The position numbers were made by a program, and so were the translations under genes. 64,000 nucleotides of DNA from Candidatus Latescibacterota bacterium (GTDB lineage: Bacteria > Latescibacterota > UBA2968 > UBA8231). Location: contig OZ242318.1 in assembly GCA_965208105.1 (NCBI GenBank), forward strand, positions 1,632,001-1,696,000. The letters run 5' to 3'. Positions 27,401 through 35,368 of the stretch are shown here, in pieces (the stretch's first letter is position 1; the number at the start of each line of letters is the position of its first letter). The notes under the pieces are model-generated. The model had not been told where the DNA came from. It saw nothing but the letters and a program-made list of their open reading frames with translations, and searched no databases.

Positions 27401-27429
27401 CCTCTAAGACAGCGCCACATCGGCAACAA
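24424..27429 (-). CDS. Large exported hypothetical protein with Asp-rich Dx[DN]xDG segment (paralog of 10238..13120)
   Basis: About 1000 aa, colinear with 10238..13120 (YRNFA, GDGLIA, NGVNLHSY, VRF.DD.P.DGRGG, LVQDNEDGDRYPD, QKLRLRLNWQ, IGF.E.GR). Start codon uncertain (could be ATG 27420). Confidence 0.75.
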   Translation of the reverse strand: MLPMWRCLRGSPPKSKPRPAARQGTGAVCRLCVWALLLARPPEAPAQDQHRLHLSSTVPSRSFLQRSSIPYRNFAHDSFANYPNHSFPYQDLRRAFYGPMGDRLITGYDLYHWIERRPAGKRYGSVVTADLNIFQPVFDHLVVGRDGYGKRGYSIVVGDGLIARFTPLTLSRVDVNGLRFDAAVPGVGFTGLASRLERPPDYYRDIPSWVDEGRHTADFSTMLLGGRAEGRVGSLRLGFNGVNLHSYESSRPGNSLKGVIRPERPMVDWLIVRFSDDSPRDGRGGPVVHEVGLIVNGMARPDLRPRVIRHRAKVPIQVGSVSRATGEFRPQIYNRFSGPERTATLYYRGREVPFYADYFYRSDHEAGHDVSRATNLDGLLAHFQAETPGAVLRADGDWQLIFMFDLRGESAVQSVEVDALVGNDYRIDVATLWLGNPNGRNYAQQYRTSFYETMVRARGNVRDLANLDRVRFHVGENTALFTYGVDGSLRLAGMELNAEIAQSALYGRYPAHADRVPAFARSPRFARRGRAYFINATRWLGRWRLGAEHFAINPGFTTEMRGYLHGEYSLNGGVLDALANDTVYWHLVQDNEDGDRYPDVRIGKILGTPKDDQFVDPDGVFPGRDQDRDGLPDTNRNLNGVPDYREPFLQYYVESNEFEYGLDRNNNDDPDHLEDDRDPDHPYDADQRGTQLFGQMDLNRRWSVTLGRYAVRQLAGPGGNRSTYALLSYRREGVRGMRLLFLENHLRRVRDDIADEFAVLEEIPNQGHSFSTGSGFTPGYATVFANYFVDDPLNYRDSLVNESYLEARLNPWSALNLVQKLRLRLNWQRGGGTGGGGKQSRRLDYFAVVSRVDYAIRLWGATVQPQFKFTMLRLVDRKADRQPGGTYASRALQSRLTWMPILRVEYPVMSRTTIQCGIQGLGPAPFRHEDRVRSRESFERRTLFIHAINRSSYFGYDLFTTLGLTRDSRKYDDPLLRTAEFDTMSFFARAIIGFSEHGRPL

Positions 27430-27502
27430 CTACCTGTCTCTCGGTGAAATACTGATAGGCAGCCTGCCGCAGGGCATCATCCGGCTCACCCGGTATGGGC
27501 TG

Positions 27503-28348
27503 CTAGGACTCGACCCAGTGGCGGTACAACGGCTTGACATCGGGTGGCAGTCCGTCGTAGACCTCGCGCCTTACCAGGGGCTCGGTGCGCATCCTGTCGT
27601 CGCCCCGGTCGGTCCAGTAACTGCGCTCCAGCGACCCCTCCCGGCACAGTCCCATGTTGAACCACCACGGGATCCAGCGCATGACCAGGCAGGTGCGCCT
27701 CCTGCCGGAGCTGTTGGGCATGATGCTGTGCCAGGTGCGGCCGTCGAGCATGAGCACGCTGCCGCCTGCGCCGGTGGCCTGCAACTCCGTCGGGTAGGTC
27801 GCAAAGCGGTCAATATGGGGGCCGGGGGACTGCCCGAACCTGTGGCTGCCGGGGACCACGGCGGTAGCGCCGTTGTCCTCGGTGAACGGGGTCAGCATCC
27901 ACAGGGTGTTGACGAGGACAGGCGCCTCGGGAAGGGACTTGAAGAGTTTGGCGGATATATGGCCGTCCTGGTTGTAGGGCCAGTCGCAGTGCAGCCCGCG
28001 GCGCCGGGCGCCGATGCCCACCGCCACGCCGCAGTCCTGGGCGAGATAGTGGGGTCCCAGCAGCCCCTCGAGGGCACCCGCCAGGCGCGGTTCGCAGAGG
28101 TAGGGGACGAAGGACTGGTCGTGGTTGAGCAGGCCCCGGGGGCGCGCCTCCTTGCCGTTTTCGACCAGGTCGGGATCGGACCACTGAGCGGGGTCCTCGC
28201 CGTCTGCGGGGAAGCGGTCGGGCTGCAGCAGCTCCGTGGTGCGCTCGACGCTGGCGAGCACCCGCGGGACCTCATCTTCGGGGATGACGCCCGGGATGAC
28301 GCAGAACCCGTCGATCTGCATGTGCATGACAATCTGCTCGACGTCCAT
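27503..28348 (-). CDS. PhyH-family 2OG-Fe(II) dioxygenase
   Basis: DGFCVIPGVIP, LHCDWP (HxD), LWMLTPFTEDNGAT.VVPGSH, GSVLMLDGRTWH, R..LV. ATG after GGAGGAG. Confidence 0.9.
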   Translation of the reverse strand: MDVEQIVMHMQIDGFCVIPGVIPEDEVPRVLASVERTTELLQPDRFPADGEDPAQWSDPDLVENGKEARPRGLLNHDQSFVPYLCEPRLAGALEGLLGPHYLAQDCGVAVGIGARRRGLHCDWPYNQDGHISAKLFKSLPEAPVLVNTLWMLTPFTEDNGATAVVPGSHRFGQSPGPHIDRFATYPTELQATGAGGSVLMLDGRTWHSIMPNSSGRRRTCLVMRWIPWWFNMGLCREGSLERSYWTDRGDDRMRTEPLVRREVYDGLPPDVKPLYRHWVES

Positions 28349-28690
28349 TAGCTCCTCCCGGCCCAACTATTTTACCCACCCTGGCTGCCCCGTGCAACCG
28401 CGGGATGGCAGGCCATTCCCCCAGGCCATTTTCCCGCTTCCGGGCCTGAGGTCCGGGCTCACGGCCGCGGCTGGCGCGGGCTCGCCAGGCGGCTGCGCGG
28501 GGAGGCCGCCGGCGCCTGCCATACCGGCGCTCAGGTATGTAATTTCCGCGGGGAAGGCACACCAGGCTCGTACCGTCCTCCATGGCCCCGAGCTTGGCAT
28601 CCTCCCCTTTATTTTGTTTTTTCAATCCGAAGTCGGAGAGATGATTTCTCGCGGGAAATAGTTATCGTGTCCCCTGCAAAGGAGGGATAA

Positions 28691-31600
28691 ATGACCGCAG
28701 CAGCAAGCGTTTTCCGCGTCCTGACCGCACTTTGGATCACGCTCGTACTGATCCCGGCTGCAGCCGGCGCCGGCACGGGCGGAAAGATCCTGGGCGTGGT
28801 CAAGGATGCCACCAGCGGAGCCGAGCTGCCCGGAACCAATATCGCGCTGACCGGAACCGAGCTGGAGACCACCGCGGACGAGAAGGGCCGCTTCTTCATC
28901 CTCAACGTGCCCGCGGGCACCTACACCCTAAGGGCCACCCATATCGGCTACGCGGCCTATACCCTCGAGGACGTGCGGGTATCGGCCGATTTGAGTACGC
29001 AAGTAGAGGTCGAGCTGACTTCTTCCGATATCCGGGTCGAGGAGGTGATCGTACAGGCGCAACGGCCCATCATCGACAAGAACGCCACCAACGCGGTGCG
29101 CATCGTCGATGCCGAGGACCTGGAAATTCTACCCTTCAGAGGCGTAGGTGGGGTGCTCAACCTGCAGCCCGGCGTGGTCCTGGACGAGGGCTCCCTGCAC
29201 ATCCGCGGCTCCCGTTCGGACGAGATCGGCTACTATGTCGATGGCGCCAGCGTGCGCAACCCGGTTTCGGGGGGAATGGCGGTCTACCTGATCGACGAGG
29301 CCGTGCAGGAGATCCAGCTCCAGGCCGGCGGCTTCAACGCCGAGTACGGCGGCGCCAACGCGGGCATCGTCCTGCAGGGACTGCGCACCGGGGCGCCCGA
29401 ATGGCAGGTCGGCCTGCTCACCGAGACCGACAATTTCACCTCTCCCTACAAGAAACGCTTCGGTACCTACTCCTACGGCTACTCCACCCAGGTCCTCACC
29501 TTGAGCGGCCCGGTGGCCGGCAGCAAAAAGGTGCGTGCCTTCCTGGCCGGACAACGCCGGATGAAGGAATTCCCGAGCATCTACTGGGACGGGTTCCGGT
29601 TCGAGGACCTGGTCGATTCGGGAAACCGCGGCGGGCGGGTCCACTGGGGCGAGGACGCCGAGGGCAATGCCGTGCCGGACTCGGTGGACCTGCATCTGAG
29701 GCCGGGAAACATCGACCATTCCGCTTCCGAGCGCATCAGCTTCAACGGCACCCTGCTCGTCGATCTGCAGCCCTACCAGCTGCGCCTCACCAGCCTTTAT
29801 TCCAAGGGGCTTGGCGAGCTCAACTCCCTCCCCATCTACAACATGCTCAATACGGCGCGCCTGCCCGAAGCCGAGCGGGTGTCGAGCCTGTTCAACATCA
29901 AGGGCACCCACTTCCTCAGCCCCAACACCTTCTACGAACTGAACGCCAGTCTCTACAGCCAGGGCTCCGAAATCTTCGATCCGGCGTTCGACGACAACTA
30001 CATGCTCTACAACGACAGCCTCGCCGTTGCCCAGGTCGACGATTCCTTCACTCCCTACTCATCCCAGGGGGTCTCGCCGCGGCCCTACGACCTGAGCGGC
30101 TTCCCCTTCGCCCGGCCAGGGGCCCTGGCCACCTATTACGGCAAGAGCGAGGACGGCTACTACGGAGTCAGCGGCAGCCTCACGAGCCAGACCGATATCC
30201 ACCAGTACAAGCTGGGGTTCGATCTCCAGCGCTGGTCATCGCGTCGCTTCGGCATCTCCGCCAGCGCGCTCCGCAACGCCATCGAGAACAACTACCCCGA
30301 GCTGGACGCGGTCTACGACCGCTACTACGCCGGCGAGATCGACGCGGACGAGGTGCTGGACGAGCTCATCGCCCGGGCCGAGTCCCTGCCCGACGGCGAG
30401 GGCAGCCTGGACGACTTCGCCTCCCTCATCCGCAATACCAGCCGGGGGGACTACTTCGGATTCGACGCCTTCGGGAGGCGGGACGAGGGCACCGGTCTCG
30501 AGGCGCCCCGCCATCCGCTGCTGGCCTCGGCCTACGTCCAGGACAAGGCCGAGTACAACGACCTCGTGGTGAACGCCGGCCTGCGCTGGGACTACTTCGA
30601 CGCCGCCAGCTTCCGCTTCAAGGACCCCGCGGCCCCGCGTCGCAACGATGCCGACTTCACCATCGACATCGACTCCATGGCCGCCACGCGCACCTTCCAC
30701 GAGTTCAGCCCGCGGCTGGGGTTCTCTTTTCCGGTGTCGGAGTTCACCGTTTTCCACGTCCAATACGGCCGCTTCTCGCAGATGCCCGCCATGCGCACCA
30801 TGTTCACCGGCGGGGCGCGGCTGGCGCTGGAGCTGGGCGGACAGAACTTCATCTCCGCTCCCACCGCCTTCGACATCGAGCCGATCCGCACCACCCAGTA
30901 CGAAATCGGCTTCGAGCACCAGTTCACCACGGCGGCATCCTTCGACATCACCGGCTTCTACCGCGACGTGAAGGGGCAGTTGCAGCTGCGGCGGCAGGAC
31001 ATCTCCTCCCTGGCGCAGAACGCCAACGCCTACAACTTTCTGCAGAACGGCGACTTCGCCACCACCAAGGGCCTGGAGTTCGTCCTCAAGCTGCGCCGGG
31101 TAAACCGCGTGCGGGCCGAGCTCAACTATACCCTGTCCGACGCGCGCGGCACCGGATCGTCGACCAGCTCGGCCGTTTCCGGGGTGGAAAACAACTCCAG
31201 CCTGCCGACCATCATCTCGCCCCTCGATTTCAACGAGACCCACCGGGGCAACCTCTTCGTCGACTATCGCTTCGCCGACAACGAGGCCAGCGCGCTTCTC
31301 CGCAGCCTGGGTGCCAACATCCTGATGAGGTTCAGCAGCGGCCACAACTTCACCCTGTTCGGCGGCTCCATCGGCCAGCGGGGCCCCGAGGAAGGAGGCA
31401 TTCTGGCCAGCGACGACCCGCGCAGCCGCACCCCCCTGGAGAGCATCAACACCTCTTCGACGCCCTGGACCTTCGAGGCCGACCTCAAGCTGGACAAGGG
31501 GATAGATCTGTTCGGCACCGACGTCGAGCTCTACCTCTACGTATACAACCTGTTCAACCGCAGGAACATCACCAACGTCTACGGGCGCACCGGCAACGCC

Positions 31601-31789
31601 GAGGACGACGGCTTCCTCACCGATCCCAACCTGAGCGGCCAGATCGTCGAGGCCAGCGGCGGGGCCACCTACCGGGAGCTCTACGAGTCCATCAACCTGG
31701 CCAACCGGCAGCACTTCTGGACCACCTCAGGGGGCGATCTCTTCGACAGTCCGCGCCAGATGCGCCTTGGGGTCGAGCTGGACTTCTAG
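28691..31789 (+). CDS. TonB-dependent receptor with carboxypeptidase-like regulatory domain
   Basis: Signal peptide; GKI.G.VKDA.SG..LPG.NI; LHIRGSRSDEIGYYVDG; GGFNAEYG; YVQDK.EY..LVVNAGLRWDYF; C-terminal PRQMRLGVELDF; AAGGAGG RBS. Confidence 0.93.
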   Translation: MTAAASVFRVLTALWITLVLIPAAAGAGTGGKILGVVKDATSGAELPGTNIALTGTELETTADEKGRFFILNVPAGTYTLRATHIGYAAYTLEDVRVSADLSTQVEVELTSSDIRVEEVIVQAQRPIIDKNATNAVRIVDAEDLEILPFRGVGGVLNLQPGVVLDEGSLHIRGSRSDEIGYYVDGASVRNPVSGGMAVYLIDEAVQEIQLQAGGFNAEYGGANAGIVLQGLRTGAPEWQVGLLTETDNFTSPYKKRFGTYSYGYSTQVLTLSGPVAGSKKVRAFLAGQRRMKEFPSIYWDGFRFEDLVDSGNRGGRVHWGEDAEGNAVPDSVDLHLRPGNIDHSASERISFNGTLLVDLQPYQLRLTSLYSKGLGELNSLPIYNMLNTARLPEAERVSSLFNIKGTHFLSPNTFYELNASLYSQGSEIFDPAFDDNYMLYNDSLAVAQVDDSFTPYSSQGVSPRPYDLSGFPFARPGALATYYGKSEDGYYGVSGSLTSQTDIHQYKLGFDLQRWSSRRFGISASALRNAIENNYPELDAVYDRYYAGEIDADEVLDELIARAESLPDGEGSLDDFASLIRNTSRGDYFGFDAFGRRDEGTGLEAPRHPLLASAYVQDKAEYNDLVVNAGLRWDYFDAASFRFKDPAAPRRNDADFTIDIDSMAATRTFHEFSPRLGFSFPVSEFTVFHVQYGRFSQMPAMRTMFTGGARLALELGGQNFISAPTAFDIEPIRTTQYEIGFEHQFTTAASFDITGFYRDVKGQLQLRRQDISSLAQNANAYNFLQNGDFATTKGLEFVLKLRRVNRVRAELNYTLSDARGTGSSTSSAVSGVENNSSLPTIISPLDFNETHRGNLFVDYRFADNEASALLRSLGANILMRFSSGHNFTLFGGSIGQRGPEEGGILASDDPRSRTPLESINTSSTPWTFEADLKLDKGIDLFGTDVELYLYVYNLFNRRNITNVYGRTGNAEDDGFLTDPNLSGQIVEASGGATYRELYESINLANRQHFWTTSGGDLFDSPRQMRLGVELDF

Positions 31790-32103
31790 GGGAAGGAATA
31801 CAGGATGGCGCGGGGGCAAGCGGCACCGCCCGGCGCGGCCTGTAGCGGGAGCAGGTCCAGGATGATGCTTGGATGGGGCGTGGAGGAGAAGGACCGCCTG
31901 GCGCGGGCGGTGGCGGAAGGACGCTCCGGGTGACGCGGGATAGGGGGCCCAGCGAGCATGGCTGGCCGGACTCGGCGAATGTGAATGCCTGAGAACTGGT
32001 CGGTCGGTCCAGGCAGCGGAACGTCAGGGGAAGCAGCCCGCACAAGGCAAAGGAAGGTTGGACCAGGTGATGTGAAGATACGGGAGCCGGCCCGGCTTCT
32101 CCG

Positions 32104-33177
32104 TCAAGGCCCCCGCTGTTCCGGCGCCTGCAACTCCGGTTCCACCCCGATCTCGCGCAAAACGGCGGCGGCCTCCTCGAGATCCACCCCCTCCCTGGAG
32201 TTCCTGATCGCGCGTCTCAGCATGAAGACGGCGTCCTCATCGCCGCTGCGGGCCAAATCCAGCGCCTCCGCCCAACCCTTGCGCCCATAGCTGAAGTCGC
32301 GCCCGACCACCGGATTGCCGAATCCCTTCCAGTAGTACTTGAGTTCGTCCGACTTCCAGCCTGGATAGATTTCGTCCCAGGTGAGCTGGCTGGGGCCGTG
32401 GGGCTCCAGCATGTGCTCGGCGATGGGTACGCCGACCGCCTGGTAGCGGTTGTCCAGCGAGAGGCGCAGGCGGTCCCCGCTGTGGTTGGGCAGGGCCCGA
32501 TGGATGGTCAGCGCCGGGAAGAAGAGGGTGTCCCCGGCTTCGTAGTCGGTGGTATGCCAGACCGGGTCGACCTCTTCCTGGTCGTTCTCGTCGACCCTCA
32601 GTCCGCCGGCGCCCAGCGAGAAGTGATGCTCCAGGACGCGGTTGACCTTGTGGGATCCCGGAACGACCGCCAGGCCGCCCAGCTCCACGGGGCAATCGCC
32701 GATGGGGGCCCAGCAGGTCAGGTTGTCGAAGCTGCCCTGGAAGTGCACGAAATCCTGGTGTTTGGGGGTGGTGTGTTCTGCATACCGGGGGAACCAGATG
32801 CGGGCGATCTTCTGCGGGTGCGGCATGGCGGGCGCGCCCAAAATCTTCTCCACCATGTCCGTGTACTCGGGCCAGTGCGCCGAGCGGTGGAAGCTTTCGA
32901 TCTTGTAGACCTGGGCGTATCCGGCGCTGTACTCGTTATCGCCTTCGGTGCAGCGCTGGCCGGGGTCCGCGATGCCGTCCATGGGGTCGGTTCCCGCCTG
33001 CAGCCATCCCACCTGCCCGATCACCGACATCATCTCGCGGCGCAACCCGAGGACCTTCTCCGGACGCTGCAGCCCCCTGAAGAACAGATAGCCCTCCTCG
33101 GCGATGCGCCGGCGCAGCTCCTCCTGGTCAGTCATGGCGTCGTTGGAGACGCGCATCTCTTTCAGTTCGTCGGTCAT
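32104..33177 (-). CDS. PhyH-family 2OG-Fe(II) dioxygenase
   Basis: EEGYLFFRG, TPKHQD (HxD), TCWAPIGDCP..LGGLAVVPGSH, GDTLFF..LTIHRALPN...RLSLD.RY. Confidence 0.9.
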   Translation of the reverse strand: MTDELKEMRVSNDAMTDQEELRRRIAEEGYLFFRGLQRPEKVLGLRREMMSVIGQVGWLQAGTDPMDGIADPGQRCTEGDNEYSAGYAQVYKIESFHRSAHWPEYTDMVEKILGAPAMPHPQKIARIWFPRYAEHTTPKHQDFVHFQGSFDNLTCWAPIGDCPVELGGLAVVPGSHKVNRVLEHHFSLGAGGLRVDENDQEEVDPVWHTTDYEAGDTLFFPALTIHRALPNHSGDRLRLSLDNRYQAVGVPIAEHMLEPHGPSQLTWDEIYPGWKSDELKYYWKGFGNPVVGRDFSYGRKGWAEALDLARSGDEDAVFMLRRAIRNSREGVDLEEAAAVLREIGVEPELQAPEQRGP

Positions 33178-33238
33178 GGTATCCTGGTCTCCGGTCGGTT
33201 CGGTGCGCCGGTTTTCCCCGGGATAGATTGAGGAACTT

Positions 33239-35269
33239 TCATCCTTCCCTGTCAAGGTGCCGGGCCCCCGCTACTCTCGCCGCGATCTCGGCGTCGGGCA
33301 TTGCTTCGCTCTGCACCAGCAGTTGCCGTGCCGCTCCCATGCTCCGGTAGGCCGCTTCGATCCACCCGGTGTCGAATGCATCCCCGGTATTGTGGATGAT
33401 GAGGTTCCGGGGAGCGACGAGGGTCCCCGCGGTGCGGAAATCCCCGGCATTGCGCAGGCAGGGAATGGGCAAGGTCTCGAGATAGGCGTCATCGCTGTCG
33501 TTGTCGAACCGTGCCGCATCGACGACGACAATCTCCAGGCTGGCGAAACCCGCCGCCAGCAGTCCCCAGAGGCCGGCCTCTCCTATTCCGATCAGGCTGA
33601 CCTCGGAAGCGCCGCTGCCGCCGCCGAAGCAGAGCAGCGCGGTCAGAATATCCTGCACCCGCAGCGCCGCCGTCGTCCGGTTGTAGGTGGTGAATTTTTC
33701 CGCGTCATCCGGCCTCGAATATTTCCCATGTTCTCCTGTCGCGAAGACGTCGATGGCGAGGACCTGGCGGCGGCAACTCAGCAGATCGGCGACGAGCGGC
33801 AGGGGCTCCCCGGTCTCCGCGTCGATCAGCTTCTCCTTCCCCTGCGGATGCGCGATGACCACGACTTCGCCGCTCTCTGGCGGCGGGTCCGGGCTGAACA
33901 GGATGGCGGGGACGGCATCGCCCACCCCTCGCCTGCCGATGACCAGGTGGCGCGCCGAATAGCCTCTCCGGCGCGTAGTGGGATATGCGCCCTCGGGTTC
34001 GGCGAGGGTCACCTCCTCCCTTTCGGGAAGGTGCAGTCCCAGTGCATGCTGCAGCGCAGCGCCCATCTCCTCCCTGAACCTCCGGTGGCCGGCCTCGCTT
34101 GCAGGCTGCCGTCGCGCCGGCGCTTCGCGGGAACGATTCACCCATGTGGGCAGAATCTCCTCCTGCTTCAGTGCATGTGCAGGCAGACCGCGGCCCGAGA
34201 AGACCAGCACCGCTTCGTCCGCCTCGGCCTTGTACGGCTCCTCTTCGATCCCGCGAGGGTCCTCAGCACCCAGGAGCCATTTTGCGAACCAGGCGTAGAC
34301 CGCCTCGCGGCTCTCCCGGTTGTAGTTGTGCTCCGCGTCCACCTGGACATGGCGCAGCCTGTCCAGCGCATCGAAATGGGCGTAGATGGAGCGGATGGCG
34401 GGAAATTCGACCGCGGGCGTATTCGCCGTCCAGTCCCCGGTCGCCGAGACCAGCAGGAGAGGACGCGGCGCCATCAAGGCCCCGATTTCGAGGTTGCTCG
34501 CTTCCAGGCGCAGATTCGGGGCGTTCTCGCACAGACAGCCGCCCTGCATGGTGGCGGAGATCATGTTGACCGGGGCGGAGACCTTTATGCGCGGATCGAC
34601 CGCCGACAGGATGAAGGTCTGGGTGCCCCCTCCCGACGCGCCGGTGCAGCCGATGCGCTCCGGGTCGACATCGGGGAGGCTCTGCAGGAAATCGACGGCG
34701 CCGATGCCGTTGCGGAGCTGGAGCGCCATGGCGCTCAGGCCCCAGAGGCCTTCCCGCGCGCCGCCGTAGCGGTGCTCGATCTGCCTGGCGCTGTCGTTGT
34801 AGCCGATCATATCATAGGTGAAGACGACGTAACCCTGCCTGGCGAAGTTTATGCAGCGGGCGGGAATGGAGCCGACCTCATTATCCTCCAGGCGCCCCCG
34901 CTTCCAATGGCCGTGGGGACTGACGATCCCGGGGAACGGACCGGATTTCCCTCGGGGGCGGTAGAGATTCCCCGTGGTGAAAAAGCCCGGAAAGGGCTCG
35001 AAATGGACCTTCTCCACCGTATATCCTTCCCGCTCGATTCTGGCGAAGACCTCGGCGTTGAGGGGAGTCGGCTCATGCTCGGGCAGCAGACCGGTGGCGA
35101 CCCGGACCTGCAGGCGCAACGCCGCCGCTTTCTCGTTCCACTCGGCCCTGGTGTAGCCGGGAAAGGTGTACGGAGTTCCCACGCTCCGTGAAACGGCGCC
35201 CCGGGCATCCTCGACGGTCCGAGACGGCTGGGCGAATACGCGGCCGAGCTCCGGATGTGGTTCAGCCAT
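33239..35269 (-). CDS. Acetylxylan-esterase-like alpha/beta hydrolase with duplicated domain
   Basis: YTVEKVHFE..PG...TGNLY.P, PHGH, DPERIGCTGASGGGTQT nucleophile motif, APRP.L, EHNY; second degenerate hydrolase-like domain. Confidence 0.8.
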   Translation of the reverse strand: MAEPHPELGRVFAQPSRTVEDARGAVSRSVGTPYTFPGYTRAEWNEKAAALRLQVRVATGLLPEHEPTPLNAEVFARIEREGYTVEKVHFEPFPGFFTTGNLYRPRGKSGPFPGIVSPHGHWKRGRLEDNEVGSIPARCINFARQGYVVFTYDMIGYNDSARQIEHRYGGAREGLWGLSAMALQLRNGIGAVDFLQSLPDVDPERIGCTGASGGGTQTFILSAVDPRIKVSAPVNMISATMQGGCLCENAPNLRLEASNLEIGALMAPRPLLLVSATGDWTANTPAVEFPAIRSIYAHFDALDRLRHVQVDAEHNYNRESREAVYAWFAKWLLGAEDPRGIEEEPYKAEADEAVLVFSGRGLPAHALKQEEILPTWVNRSREAPARRQPASEAGHRRFREEMGAALQHALGLHLPEREEVTLAEPEGAYPTTRRRGYSARHLVIGRRGVGDAVPAILFSPDPPPESGEVVVIAHPQGKEKLIDAETGEPLPLVADLLSCRRQVLAIDVFATGEHGKYSRPDDAEKFTTYNRTTAALRVQDILTALLCFGGGSGASEVSLIGIGEAGLWGLLAAGFASLEIVVVDAARFDNDSDDAYLETLPIPCLRNAGDFRTAGTLVAPRNLIIHNTGDAFDTGWIEAAYRSMGAARQLLVQSEAMPDAEIAARVAGARHLDREG

Positions 35270-35368
35270 GACAAGTCCTCGACGAAAATGGAATGATGAG
35301 GCCGCAGTCCCGGGACCACTCTGGGGACCAGAGCGGCCATAGGGCGAGGCTCTGAGGGACCGCCGTCG

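Noticed and set aside
28732-31845. 1037-aa alternative-frame ORF overlapping the TonB receptor, plus long antisense ORFs such as 868..3396, 11045..13168, 33257..35191 and 60343..62283
   Set aside because: Compositionally biased translations with no motifs. They are expected shadows of strong GC3 codon bias, which depletes stop codons in other frames.
32020-32045. gtcagg-ggaagcagcc resembling SRP RNA domain IV
   Set aside because: It lacks the inner stem and tetraloop between CAGG and AGCAG, and no long closing helix was found. Likely chance.
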